Source: Lingula anatina (Eukaryota > Animalia > Brachiopoda). Taken from it: a stretch of DNA of 64,000 nucleotides. Below the pieces are notes generated by a model. It saw only the letters and a list, made by a program, of their open reading frames with translations. It ran no database searches and was not told where the DNA came from. Position 1 is the stretch's first letter. Each line of letters starts with the position of its first letter. The translations under genes were made by a program, and so were the position numbers. Positions 25,701-40,200 of this stretch are shown here, in pieces. The DNA is taken from NCBI GenBank assembly GCA_051362555.1, contig CM120640.1, forward strand, positions 55,406,788 to 55,470,787. Reading direction: 5' to 3'.

Positions 25701-28700
25701 TTGCATAGTTAAAATGTGAAATAAAACAGTGAATGTACATGTAATTTCCAAATAATACACTTTAGAAACAGATACAACAGTACCTAGACCAATATTATAT
25801 CTTCAATAACACATATCATTTATTGAGAAATCATTCTAATTGATTGTATAATTTGACAATGAATATCATGCCATATGATATTTCTGCCTGAACTTTAATT
25901 CTTTGCAATAAACAGCATCAACAAAGAAAAATGAGCAATGTGGAGAGCGTTTGACAGCATGTGTATGTGTGTGGGTGTATCTGGATTGGAATGAGAGAGA
26001 GAGAGAGAGAGAGACTCTAATAAGTGATTAGATCTGCATAATTGTGATATTTGCTTGATGTTGTGTGTGCACTTAGACTAGTTTTCTTTTTCATAACCTG
26101 GGGTAAGAGTTGATGACAGTATTGGTAAGTATCAAGAGTAGACCAATATATATTCCCATAAATGGATTCAGCATTCAAGCCTTATCCTTTCCATTGCCTG
26201 AATGCATATGAGTAATGGGAATACATTCCCTGAAACCTGTGGATATGATGCTTTTTCAGATATTGATTCTCAGACCATCAAATATGCTTTTAGTCTTTTA
26301 GCAACAGTGCATACTAACTTGGAGAAAGGACAGGCCTTATATACGGATTAGGTGTTTACTAACACTACCCGCAGACCTTTTAGCACTAACATCCATATTA
26401 ACCACATAACCCACAAATTAACCAGCACTACCAGAGCAGGTGAATGTTAGTGCTAGGTATCACTTTGTTGGTGCTAAATGATTTTAAGGTGTGTTGGATA
26501 ATTTGTGGATTTTGTGGTAAATATGGGCTTTAGTGCTAAAAGATTTGCGGGTAGTGTTAGTAAACACGTAATCCGTTTTATAAGGCCTGAGGAACACCAG
26601 AGAAATTCACATTTGTCACTTAAAATACTTCTGTGAAGAGTGCAGAACTGCCTAGGCATAAACATTATTTGGATTTGGCTGCTGATACAGACTAGTACAT
26701 AATTAGATTTAGCACTTGGAAGTTAACCCAAACTATGTCATTTCAGACAGATTATTGTATTTGGTGTGCCTTACTTTTAAGTACTTTATTCTGCACTCAT
26801 AGACCCCATTCCCATACCTAGATCGATCTAGTGGGATTGGTCTATCTCCGAGGGGAGTAGCTGAATTGCAGTAAGCTTACAAAATCTTTTGTGTGGTCCC
26901 TTTATGATAAACACAATATACATGCTTGCCATGTGCAAAGTGTGACAGCTACAGTGCATGTCCAATACCACTAAAAGGACTGCACAATGGCTACACCAAA
27001 AATCAGTTTTTAAAGCAGAAAGATGCTTGTATTGTGGGTCTGATTTTCGATTGAAAGGTATTCTTAGTTCAAACTTCAAACTCCATGTCAGTCACTTTGC
27101 TTCCTCATCTCATCTGCACGAGATGATGTCAGCTCAAGACGGGAAAGGTAGCTCCAGTCGGGACAGATCTGTGATGTACAAGACATGTGACTTCCAAATA
27201 TGGAAGTGTCCCAGACAAAATTTTGCCAAACACACCTGCAGTATGTCTTCAGTGGCTAGAGTTAGTATTGCTGATATGGGTTATATATGAGATCAAGCTG
27301 GCAATACTGAAATCTAGAACCTATAGGGTATATTTTCATAACTTTATAGGGAAATGGCAAGTAAATCCAAATTAAAATAGGAAGATATAAAGACAATGTT
27401 AATCCTATTTTAAAAGCAATCTGTTTAGTATTTAGGGATAATTTGAAATGGTATATGAACGTGACTTTAGAATGCAATTAAACATGCAGAGAGGATTTTG
27501 CCTGCATCACATTCATATAAATTGTTGGCCTCATCATTGATTTTTAATCATAGAGTGGTCTGTGAGCTCATTTTAACTCTTCACTCTAGCACTTGATATG
27601 CTTCCTCAGTTCATAACAATGATGTAAAGAGTTTGAGTCCTGCTACTGCTGATGGTAAATAAATTGTAGAACCCTGTTGGTGGAAATTGTGTAAATGTAG
27701 TACATGTAGGTCCTAGGCTATCCAATATGGGTACAGTGTATATAAGGCCCCAGGATATCCAAGAGAGGCGTGTGAGAGGCTGAGAGACCATTAAAGGATT
27801 ACCCGGTCTTCCTTTCATGTAGGTTCGCCATATTTAGGTCTCGGCCTTGCTGGACCTCGGCTCTTCTCGATGTGAATGCTCCCAATCAGATGAGCCAACA
27901 CATTGTAAATATGGCTAGACCCATGGGTGGTGTTTTTCCTTGTGAATCGGCTTTTCTTGATCATATCATGACCTTGATGGACAGAAAACCATGAGGTAAA
28001 GAATTCAGTGAATGGGATCCGATGCAAAGCCAAGGGCCTCATGGGATGTACATGTAGCTCACTGATGTGAACCCCTATTGGCTCAACAAACACAGAATAA
28101 CTAGTAATTTCAAACAAATGTTATGCTTAATGAAGAGAATCCTTTCAAAAAATTCAATGGAAAGAAACAATACTGTACATGTTGTTAAATGAGTTCAGAT
28201 AACCTTTTTTGCTTTGTAAATTCCATTATGTTTTGAAATTGATGCAATCTTTTATATTAGTTGCCTAAATTTTCTACAATGTTTATGTAAATGATGACAT
28301 GTCATTGCATGAGTAAACTACCAATACACTTTTCATGAAACATAAAATTATCGTATGTATGGAAAACACTGTGACAGTTATTCATCTTTTTAAGATGAGA
28401 ATTTTAGTAGGTCAGTATATATTGTCATGAATATTTCTTCAAAACTTTGTTGGTTAATATTTGGGTTTTGGGCCAGTGCATCCTGGTCTTCAGATTATCA
28501 CCTATACTTACTTACATGTTACTCTTTGGTTCAAGATAAACTCCTAAAAAAAGGCATAAGGGGTATCCCTAAATTGAGCAATACAGTGCAATACAGGACA
28601 ATACTGTGCAACACAGCGCAATACACTTGAAAAAATGAGTCCAGTCACAAGTAAACAAATGTTCATTCCAAACAAAATAGGATTATATAAGAGCGAAATA

Positions 28701-31700
28701 TATTACTAAACAATTAATAGTGTTGGTACAACTTAACAAATAGGCACAATAGAGTCTTTTCCACGGTCACGTGTCTTCCGCTAAATTATCCGTGGGAACG
28801 CGAGATTTTGCGGGATTTGAAGTTTCAGGGGGAAAGTGTGGAGTGTACACGACGGACGCCATATCGAGGAGTGCTCATTTCAATCTGAATTTTCAAAGTT
28901 TCGTAACATGTTATCACTTGATTTTTTTCGAAAACACATTCATGGGAGCAGTTGGAATAGAAATTAAGCAGAAGTACCTGATGACTTTTCAATGAAAGAA
29001 CTAAAAACTTACCTCATCGACAGCAAAGATAGGACATTCGGTACTTTTGAAGTATACCCCCCACCCTGTAACTTCCTGAAACCTTCATTTTTCAAACATT
29101 TTTTACATTGTCTTTTGCACCTATGTCAAAGCTGTTGAAATAAAATGTTTTTGTAATTACCTGTGGTCTTTTTATTAGTTTTAATCACGTTTATTCCACC
29201 CCATTGAAATACAATGTGAAAATTTACAATGTAACCGCAGTCAATAACTTGCTGCGTTTTTGTTGGCTAACTCTACCTTATTTTATGTGAACATAGGATT
29301 GATACATTGTATACTTGGATTTCCTCTGTGAAATTATTATGAGCTTCTTGTTCACATAAAATTACCTTAGAGTTAGCCAACGAAAATGCGGCAAGTTATT
29401 GACTGCGGGTGTAAATTGAAGATTTTAACTTTGTATTTCAATGGGCTGGATTAAACGTGATTAACCAGGGGCGGATTTAGGCCACACTTTTTTATTTTTA
29501 TGGATGACATCCTCTGGGTACCCCAAAATCGGTGCGCGAGGGCGAAAAAAAAAATCGTCCAAAAAAAAAAAATACTGCTTAAGTAAAGGAATGCTGTCAG
29601 TACACAGCTGGAAACACAAATTTTACCACAGTTACACGTATCAAACGAACAATATGTCTTTATCCATGCTCTAAAAATATTAAAGCATTGTGAATACTTC
29701 GTAGAAATGTAAAAAAGTCATGAATAGATATACTTCATATTACCAAATCTATTTAAGGTTATTTCATGAATTCATTTGGTATAGCAATCAATAAAACAAA
29801 TATCAATCAAACAGTGTGTCTTTATTTGTATTCTCAGAATATTACAGCATTTTGAACACTTCACAGAAATGTTTAAAAATAATGCAAAGATATGCTTAAT
29901 ACTGCCAAATCTATTAAAGGTCAATTCGGACGATGACATTTTGTCTACTTCAACTCACACGAAGCAGCCAAACTGTCAGGTGGCCTGTCCGACCTTCAGC
30001 CCACCAAATACCTCGACGCCCTTGTCGTCCCTTTTTTCGCTACAGAAAACCTGGTATTAATGTGCTGCTTTGTACAGAATGTCACAGAAATTTTTCGGCC
30101 GCCGCCAGCCTTTCGCACAATTGTAAAAAGGTGATATCTCCATGCCAAATATCAATGGCATACCAATCCAAAACGATGGCGCCCGTTCTCTTTATGACTT
30201 TTGTTGTTGTGTTATTTGAAAGTAATCCTAGAGATGAATTTGACGGCAAAGTGGATGCATTTCCATGTAGCGAAAGTACACATGCGCAACAAGCTCATTT
30301 CCTGGCAAATTCAATAACGACATTTGCCACAACCGACTTTGTTGGGGGCTGGAGGGGGGGGGCTTTTTTTTTTTTTTTTTTTTTTGGAGAACGGGCGAAA
30401 ATCGGTGCGTGCGCAGGATGTCATCCATAAAATAAAAAAAGTGTGGCCTTAGGGCGTCTTCTGGGTCTTCCAGAAGACGGTCAGATTTTCAAGTTTACAT
30501 TGGCGGGTATCTAATTTTTTCTGTCGAAAGACAGTCAAAAATGAAGAACGGATCAACAAAGATAATTTGGAAGACTGTCAGGAAATAACTCTGAATCCGC
30601 CCCTGTTAACACTAATAAAAAGTCCACAGGTAATTACAAAAGCATTTTATTTCAACAGCTTTGACATAGATAAACAATAAAATGTAAAAAACTGTTTGAA
30701 AAGTGAAAGTTACAGAAAGTTACAGGGTGGGGGGTATACTACAAAAGTACCGAAGGCCCCTTCTGCTCAGTGCCTTCTACTCTTTCCCCCTGAGAAACAG
30801 TCCCGCACAAAATGGCGCGAACTGCGCATGCTCACGATTTCGTGGAAAAGACTCTATTTGTTTATTGTCAGGTCAGATGACATGTTGGCTAGTCGCTCTT
30901 TATGGCCAGTAATATTGTCAAGAAGAGCCACAAGCCAAAATGACTGCCGTCTCAACGATATAGAAGTTGCGCCAATGTTTCAAGTTATATCAATGATATT
31001 GATAATCTGTTCAAATAGTTTGCTTCTATATCACCTTATTTTGTTGGGAATGACTGTTTTCTTTGTTAAATTGCAACTGCATTAAATTTTGTTTTTTCAA
31101 GTGCATTGCACTGTGTTGTTCTATATTGCACAGTATTAAGCAATTTAGGGACCTCGGGGCATAAGTGTGCTGATTAGCAACTGGGTTTTCCACAATTAAG
31201 TCTCTTAATTAAACCTGAGTTGGAATGAGTGTTATGTCTTTATGTTTTCAGTGACCAGTCAGTGTCAAATGTTGCCATTATTTACACTACTGTGCACACC
31301 ATTATCATCATATATAACACTTTCTTTCCTAGAAGTATGTTATTTTTATTGTTAATATGTGATCATATAGGTGAATAGAGGGTGGATGAAAGCAGGAAAT
31401 TAAGACACCTATAGTTATTATGAATATCTGCATCAAGAAAGAAATGTTGAGTGTCTAGAGTTCAATGATGTGATCCTTATTAGCATGCTGTCTGATTAGT
31501 TCATCATAGAAAGCTATTCTAACATGGCTGACCTCTATGGCAGTGGGCAATACAGGGGAATAAGATGTGCTGCCCATGGTGAACCTTTCATTATTCGATC
31601 CCTCAATGAGATGGTTTTCACCAATATAGGTTGATACAACTTGGCTGAAAACACATTGTGTGAACCTGGAACAAATAATTTTAATTACCATATTCTAGGA

Positions 31701-34700
31701 GCTAAATCCAATACCTGAGATCTTAAATTATATCTTCAATATAACCTTTACCTTTCCCTTTTGATATTCATTTTTAACAAAGCTGGAATGTTGGGTTTAA
31801 TGTGATTTTTTTTTATTGTTGATTGAATATTAGAAATGGAGACATATATTTTCTTTTAGGTTGTAATGGTTAAATGGAATGAGCCATACCAGAAGTTGTC
31901 AACATGTGATACAAATGGCATTATTTTTGTGTGGATGAAGCATGATGGACGCTGGTCAGTGGAGCTGGTCAATGATAGAAATGTGCCAGTGAGTAACATC
32001 AGAAGGAATTTATGTGAGATCACAATAATTGAAAAACTGTACAATTGAACTTCAGCTGATGAGGACAGAGTACAAATACCATTAATATACATCAATGTTG
32101 TGGATATTGGTTAATATTATTTAATAATTGCTATTATTTATAATCAAGGTAACTGACTTCAACTGGTCTCATGATGGCCGCATGGCACTGATCACTTATG
32201 AAGATGGTTTCATCCTTGTGGGGTCAGTAAATGGTCAGAGACACTGGTCAACAAATCTAAACCTTGAAAATGCTACAGTGAAGACAGGAGTGTGGTCTCC
32301 AGGAGACCAGGAGGTAGGAACATTGTGCTTGGTGTGAACTGAGATGTCTCTTTTGGTCAGTAATGTGAATGAAATCATGAGTTAGAAGATGAAGCTGAGA
32401 GATTGTTTCCATGGTAGCCCTCTGTAAGAAATGTGAATAATGGTTGTTTATCATATTAGTGCAAACTGAATAGCACAAACCGAAAATAAAGTAAGAAATG
32501 CAGGGGCGGATTTAGGCCGTCTTCTGGGTCTTCTGGAAGAAAGTCAGATTTTGAAGTTTACATTGACAGGTATCTAATTTTTTCTGTTGGAAGACGGTCA
32601 AAATTGGAAGATGAATTAACAAAGATAATTTGGAAGACTGTCAGAAAATAGCTCTGGATCTGCCCCTGAAATTTATAGAATATATGAAAATGTATGATAT
32701 ATACAATAACTAATGTCGATTTAGGATCATCAGAGTTTAAAATGTCATACAAGACGAGAAAACATGAAAGCATCTGCTGAAGGATATTGTCAACCTTCAC
32801 CCAAAACCCCTTATTAAATGCCTTACATACATTCTTTTGGGTAAAAGATAAATCCTCTGTGTTCAGTGGTTAAATTAATTAACATTTACACATATGTCAT
32901 ATGGTGGTGTCATAATTGCCATTTTAGGGTAAAAACTGAAAAAATTGGTTTCTCAAATTTCTCCTTTACCTGAGCAACCATGATCACCGTTTCAGTGCCT
33001 TTTAGTACTCCACAACCCTGCCAGCAATTCTTCTTAGAAGTCTTGGTTATCGATTTTTCTTAGAAGTCTTAGATTGTAGCCCATACACTCTGGGTCAACT
33101 CTGCCAATTTTCATGATAAAATCTTGTTCAGGGATGAAGTTATGCCCCATACTGATTGCTATCTCAAAATAGAAAGGTGTTAAATTGATGATTAAAGCTT
33201 TGTGATACCTATGCTTATGCATTGCAACAAGAAATATAAATGCTGGTAGTTAATATTTTCAACAATTTTTATGTACAGACACAGATGTGTCTGTACATAT
33301 TGCCATCACCTGCGTCTGTCGTCGCCGATGGCGATGGCGATGGCGATGCCGGCGCCGTGCACTTTCCTTGTAAACACGATAAGTGGAGGGCAGTTTTACT
33401 TTTTGGCTTTATATTTACAGAGCTGATGAATATTCATAAAACGCAGGTCAAGTTCGAAAATCAGCATGATCGGGCCATTATTGTAGAAGTTATGCTGTTT
33501 TTTCACTTTTCAGCATATTTTTCACATTTCCTCAGATTCAATTCTTAGGCATGTTAACAGTCTCATTATTAAACTAATAAGATACGTAAAAGTGTTTGTT
33601 TGACATTTCCTGCATCTTTACAACATTGTTAGTTGATTTTGTAAAAATGATGGTAAACTTGTTATCGTGTATTGTGTAATAAAGTTTCAAAAAAGGAAAT
33701 AAACTCATATCATTGCAGTTTGTCAGATTGAATTATTCACTATGTTCAGAATCTCAGAATGGAAGAAATTGGACATTTAACACTGCTCTGTTGATATTTT
33801 TCCCATCTCATCAATTTTCTTAGTTGATAATATAAAAATGGCAGTAAACTGTTAATTTTGTTTTATGTTAAAAATTGTTAAAAATGGGAAAAAAAAACAT
33901 TTCAGAACAGTGCTGTCTTGTTTACATTTTGGCATTTTCAAGTTGTGACTTTGAAATTCCATGGGCCTGAAGACCTTTGCTAGTCACATTTTCTGAATAT
34001 CCATGATACTAATATTTTATTATTAAAAATTGATGGTCATCATGCTGTTAAACATTATGTAATATTGCATCAAAATTTGAAAAAAACCTATTTTGGGCAC
34101 TGCTCCCATGATGACCATTTAAGAAAAACCATGTCACTTACTGTTCTCAAACAGTACAGTAAATATATATAGATGTGTCTGTACATATTGCCATCACCTG
34201 CGTCTGTCGTCGCCGTCGCCGTCGGCGCCGTGCACTTTCCTTGTAAACACGATAAGTGGAAGGCAGTTTTACTTTTTGGCTTTATATTTACAGAGCTGAT
34301 GAATATTCATAAAATGCAGGTCAAGTTCGAAAATCAGCATGATCGGGCCATTATTGTAGAAGTTATGCTGTTTTTATGTACAGACACAGATGTGTCTGTA
34401 CATATAGCCATCATCTGCGTCTGTCGTCGTGCACTTTTACCGATAACACGATAAGTGGAAAACTGTTTTTTCTTTTGGCTTGAAACTTACAGAACTAATG
34501 AATATTCATAATACACAGGTCAAGTTCGAAAATCAGCATGATCGGGTCACTTATAGGGAATTTATGCTGTTTTTTCACTTTTTTCAGCATAAATGAAGCA
34601 CCGATAACACGATAAGTGGAAAACTGTTTTACTTTTTGGCTTGAAACTTACAGAACTGATGAATATTCATAATATGCAGGTCAAGTTCGAAAATCAGCGT

Positions 34701-37219
34701 GATTGGGTCATTTTTAGTGAATTTAGGCTATTTTTTCTCTTTTTTCAGCATAAATGCAGCACCGATAACATGATAAGTGGAAAACCATTTTACTTTTTGG
34801 CTTGAAACTTACAGAACTGATAAATATTCATAATACGCAGGTCAAGTTCGAAAATCGGCATGAATGGCTCATTTTTTAGTGAATTTAGGCTATTTTTTCT
34901 CTTTTTTCAGCATATATACAGCACCGCTAACACGATTACTGGAAAACCGTTTTGGCTTTTGGCTTGAAACTTACAGAACTGATAAATATTTATAATACGC
35001 AGGTCAAGTTTGAAAATCGGCATGATCGGGTGACTTGTAGGGAAGTTATGCTGTTTTTTTTTACTTTTTTCAGCATATATGCAGCACCGATAACACGATA
35101 AGTGGAAAACCGCTTTATTTTTTGGCTTCGAACTTACAAAATTGATGAAGATTCATAATCCGCAGATCAAGTTCGAAAATCAGCATGATCAAGCCATTTT
35201 TAGGGGAGTTATGCTATTTTTTCACTTTTTTCAACATATATGCAACACTGATAACACTATATAAGAAAAACAGATAGGCCAATTGTCATTATACTTACAG
35301 GAGTGGTCAATCTTACTAAAATGCAGGTTGAGTTGGAAAATCAGCATAATCTGGCCATTATTTTAGAAGTTATGCTGTTTTTTCACATTTCCTCAGATTC
35401 AATTATTAGGCATGTGAACAGTCTCATTATTTAACTAATAAGATACGTAAAAGTGTTTGTTTGATATTTCCTGCATCTTTACAACATTGTTAATTGATTG
35501 TGTAAAAATGATGGTAAACTTGTTATCGTGTATTGTGAAATAAAGTGTCAAAAACGGTAATAAACTCATCATTGCAGTTTGTCAGATTCAATCATCCACT
35601 ATGTTCAGAATCTCAGAATGGAGGAAATTGGACATTAAACACTGTTCTATTGATATTTTTCCCATCTCATCAATTTTCTTAGTTGGTCATATAAAAATGG
35701 CAACAAACTGTTTATTTCGTTTTATGTTTAAAAAATGTTAAAAATGGAAATAAACCCATTTCAGAACAGTGCTGTCATGTTTACATTTTGGCATTTTTAA
35801 GATGTGACTTTGAAGTTTCATGAGCCTGCAGACCTTTGCTAATCACATTTTCTGAATATCCATGATACTAATATTTTATGATTAAAAATTGATGGTCATT
35901 ATGCTGTTAAACATTATGTAATATTGCATCAAAATTTGAAGAAACCCCTATTTTGGGCACTGCTCCCATGATGACCATTTAAGAAAAACCATGTCACTTA
36001 CTGTTTTCAAACTTACAGGCAAGAAACATAGGGCTAAAATACAGTTTCAGTAGGCAATGCAGTCTGTTTGGTAATTTTTTCTGGCAGTTAAACAGTTTTT
36101 TGTGAAAATTTAATTTTTCACTTATTGGCATTTTCAAGGTGTGACTTTGAAGTTCCATGATTCTGAAGACCTTTGCTTGTCATGTTTTCTGAAAGTCCAT
36201 GTTACTAATATTCTATTAAATAAAAATTGATGGTCATATATGCTGTTAAGCATTATGTAATGTTGCTTCAAAATAGAAGAAAACACAATTTTTGGTGTTG
36301 CTGCCATGATGACCATGATGGGAAAACCGTGTTACTTATGACTGTCAAACCTTAAAAAAAGAAACACTGTACTAAAATGCAGCCTGAGTTGGAAAAGCAG
36401 TCTAATTGGCTTCATTTTCTGGAAGTTATACATTTGAGTGAAATATTCATTAACTTTTTGGCATATTCATTGTGGGACTTGGAGCTCCCATGGACATGAA
36501 GCCGAATGGTAATCAAATTTTCTACATGTCCATGCTATTTGTAATCAATAATCAAAAATTGGTGATAATTATTCTATAATTTATTATGCAATGTTACATC
36601 AAAATTTACAATAATCTTTTTGCACTGCTACTGCAAACATTATGAAAAGAAAACTGTGTTACTTATTATTATTTTTAACTTATGAGAATGATTTTTAGGA
36701 TTGGCATGCAGTTAAAATTAGAAAGCTAGGTCAATTGGGTTATCGTTTATTATTGAATTTATGCAATTTTGTGTGAAATTTTCATTTTTTTATTCTGGCA
36801 CTTTCTCAGTATAAACTTGAACTCTGATGGGCCTGAAGCCTTATGCTTTTACTTTGGTCGGTGTTACCTGCTGTGCATAATTAAAATATGATGTTGACTT
36901 TGCAGTAAAACATAATGTATCATTTCATCAGAATTGGTAGTCTCCTATTTTGTGCATTATTGTTTTGTGCTTTTCTTAAGATGTGACTTATGGGCCTGAA
37001 GGGTCTTTGAGAGGGTCAGTCTGTAAATTTTCCTTGGGTATCACTTAGCTAAGCTCTGAGTTATAAAGTAATTTGCCTAATTGATTATTTATAGGCCATT
37101 AAATGAGATTACATAAAGCACACTTGTTGATATCTCCCTGTAAACTCCCAAAGGTTAAGCTCTCTGCTAGATTAATAATAAGGAAGCAGTGATAATTATG
37201 GAGGTAAATTATGCAGGTA

Positions 37220-37278
<59 letters not shown>

Positions 37279-40200
37279 CAACAATTGCTGCCTGGGCAGA
37301 GGTCTGCACTCTCGGAGTGCTTTTCTAGTTTTGTTTATTTTCCTTAATAACTTTTTTCTCAAACACTTGCATTTGTGATATTTAACCGCCTGAAGCTCTG
37401 CACATTTTCTGTATTTCCACATAAGCAGTTGTATGTTATTTATGTTTTCAAACATTATGTAATATTATTTTATGCACTGTCATCATTTTTCAAATATTGA
37501 GACTTTCATCATGTGACTTTGGTCTCTCATGGTCCTGATACTGTAATCTTATTGAAGGGATGGATTGAGACCATCTTCTGGGTCAGCTTCCGGAAGACGT
37601 TCAGATTTTTAAGTTTATATTGACTGATATTTATTTTTTTTTCTTTTGGAAGATCATCAAAATAGAGGATGGATCAACAAAGATACTTTGGAATACTGTC
37701 AGAAAATATCTCTGGGTCAGCTCCTGTTATTGACCATGTTACCTGTTGTGCATGATTAAAATTCAGTGTTGACTAACAGTGCTATTATAAGCATTATTTA
37801 TTATTGCATCAAAATTGGCAAAATGACCTATTTTGCATCTTTATTTTCTGTTTTTTGTCTGTACATTTGACAGCTTTGCTGCCTTGTTTATTGTTTTAAA
37901 TCAGCACAAATCAGCAGGAAAAACTTCATTTTCGATATCTGGATGATAATAAAGGGTTACAATATCCTTAAGGGGGGTCCACTTTTTAGTGATGAGGGTG
38001 AAACTCTAATGCACATGTATGGAATATTAATAGACTGTAATTCTGCAGAATTTAAAAAAAATTATGTCAGCTATCATTTCCCTACTCTCCTCCAAATCCC
38101 ACAAAATTTCTCTTGATTTTGTATTTTAATACTTAAAAGTTGTGAGACTTTGGACCATCTTAAATGATCCCCATTAAGTTCTACTAAGCAAAATTAATAC
38201 TATATTTAATAAGTATGTGATAAGATCTTGCACAATTCATTCAGGATAATAAGTTATTAATGTTAAAAAATCAACATGGCAAATTCTGTTTAAACCTAAT
38301 TGCATTCAAATTTTGTTTGATGTAATATATTGTGAATGGTATTTTCAGGAGTTTTCAATCACTGATCTAAAATCTTCTCATATAATTAAGGTGCTTCTTG
38401 GAACTAGTGATGGTCAGATAATAGTGCTGACCTCCAGTGGTGCTACAGTGACCCAGGTGACCATCCTCAGTGGACAGGAAATGTCTCACATGGCCTGGTC
38501 TTGTGAGAAGTTCTCTATGGAAAGTGATGGGACAAATTCTCCTAGTAGAACTGGTAAGAGCTAACAACAGAGTGGTTGGCAGTGCAGCCTAACATGGTAA
38601 AATTATCTTGCAAATTTTAAGATCCCTATCTTTTTGATAGATTAATTTGGACCACTTATTTTAAGATAATCCCGAAGTTGATATTTCCATTGGAGCCTAT
38701 AGGAAAATGGTCTCTGTTATAATGACTAGCCAGTCATTTTAAGCTAAAATCAAACTTTATGAATTTTATCAAAGACAGAATCCAAGTGCAGAGAGGGAAA
38801 GATAAATTATGCAGGAGTATGAGAAAATTTGCTAATTTTCCAAGGAAAATCTATTCTCATGGAGTGCACCTTTAAGCAAAGTAGAACATTCTAATATAAA
38901 GTCTCCATATTGAATCAGATAAGTTATTTAACTTGGGATAAAAGCACTTGTTGTAGATGCTATCATTTGCCAGAAAACAAAAATTTAAACTAATCAATAC
39001 AGGATCATATTTTAAAATGAAAAGCATCATATTATTTCTCTCATTTCATATGTTATAGGTGAGGGTACCAGGTGTCACTCCCTGGCAGCCAGCTTTAAAA
39101 GTGGTGCTATACATCTCCTTTCAAATTATGATGACCTCCTTCCAGTGGTCATACAGACAGGTTTACAAGGTTAGTATGTATCAATTGTATCTAGTTGTAT
39201 TCAGACTTAAAAATAGCGCCACTTAATGACTTTTTCATTTTCCCATTATTTAGTTGTTCAGGTATTTAAGATTTTAGGCCTAATTAGTCAGTTTGTGCCA
39301 AAAAAGTGGAATTATATTATAGCAAACTAATGGCAAAGTGTCAATTTTCAATATAGTGTAGGAAGTATTTGGAGTAGTGTTTCAATCTGAAGGCTTGTTT
39401 ACATGCATCTGTGAGAAGCAGTTTCAGTGTTACGGTACCAGGTTTTACTTGCCTATGATAAGCACATATTGAAAATGGTATATTTACAACCACAAAAGGA
39501 CCCAGAATATAAAAAAAAAATAATGCTTAGGATAGACAAAGAGCTTCATCCTTATAAATACATGGGTGTTGATGGAAATTTTTTATCTACTGATTACTTG
39601 TTGTAAGTAAGATGCATGAAGGAAAATTGATTTGAATCTCTTTGCTGATGGTTAGGTATACAGATGGAGTGGTCTAATGATGGAGAGTTTCTAGCCGTTG
39701 GTGGATATAACCGTCTTCCTAGCTTAAACTGTATCAGTAAGCTGCTCCTATATACAAAATCAGGAACCCTGCTGCTGTCAATGACAATTCCTAACCAGGT
39801 ATGTGTTCAATTCAGGTGATGGTCACCTGACCTATTAGTGCTATCAAAGTTGATAAGAGATTACAGAGTAATTCTTGGCTTACAATCTAAATAATGAGAA
39901 TCATGTCTGTGTATGACTTGTCATTTAGGTTCTTAGTCAAGAGTAACTGTTTTATCAACTTATCTAGAAAGCAATGGCATGAAAATTTTAAAGTATTTTA
40001 CAGTTATCAGGAGTTTTTGCATTTATAATTGATTCCAATTATAGATCTTTTGATATATTGAACAAGTTGATCAAAATTGTTCTAGCCCAAACCTCTGACA
40101 GCATTAACATGGGGCCACAATGATAAGCGTCTGTTCATAGCCACTGGATCAAGAGCCTATGTGGGCCGTGTGAACAAAGAAGTGGCTCCACTACAACTTC

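Larger units (their letters stand above)
28751..30855. mobile_element. Foldback element with AGAGTCTTTTCCACG termini, AT flanks (ISL2EU-like) and ~255-bp internal inverted arms
   Basis: AT|AGAGTCTTTTCCACG...CGTGGAAAAGACTCT|AT; arm 29037-29293 mirrors 29348-30754 once the inserted MITEs are removed. Confidence 0.7.
28561..31156. mobile_element. Outer TIR element (MULE/hAT-like, 8-9-bp TSD) hosting nested insertions
   Basis: GGCATAAG at 28553-28560 and 31158-31165; tccctaaattg..aatacagtgcaata mirrored by tattgcacagtatt..caatttaggga. Confidence 0.6.

Noticed and set aside
26958-28117. GC-richer ORFs in TULP4 intron 2 as a nested gene or retroelement
   Set aside because: No recognisable domain, no consistent splice chain and no RT motifs.
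34440-35400. Regular repeats as a CRISPR-like array
   Set aside because: Whole 161-bp units repeat with no unique spacers; eukaryotic context and no cas genes.
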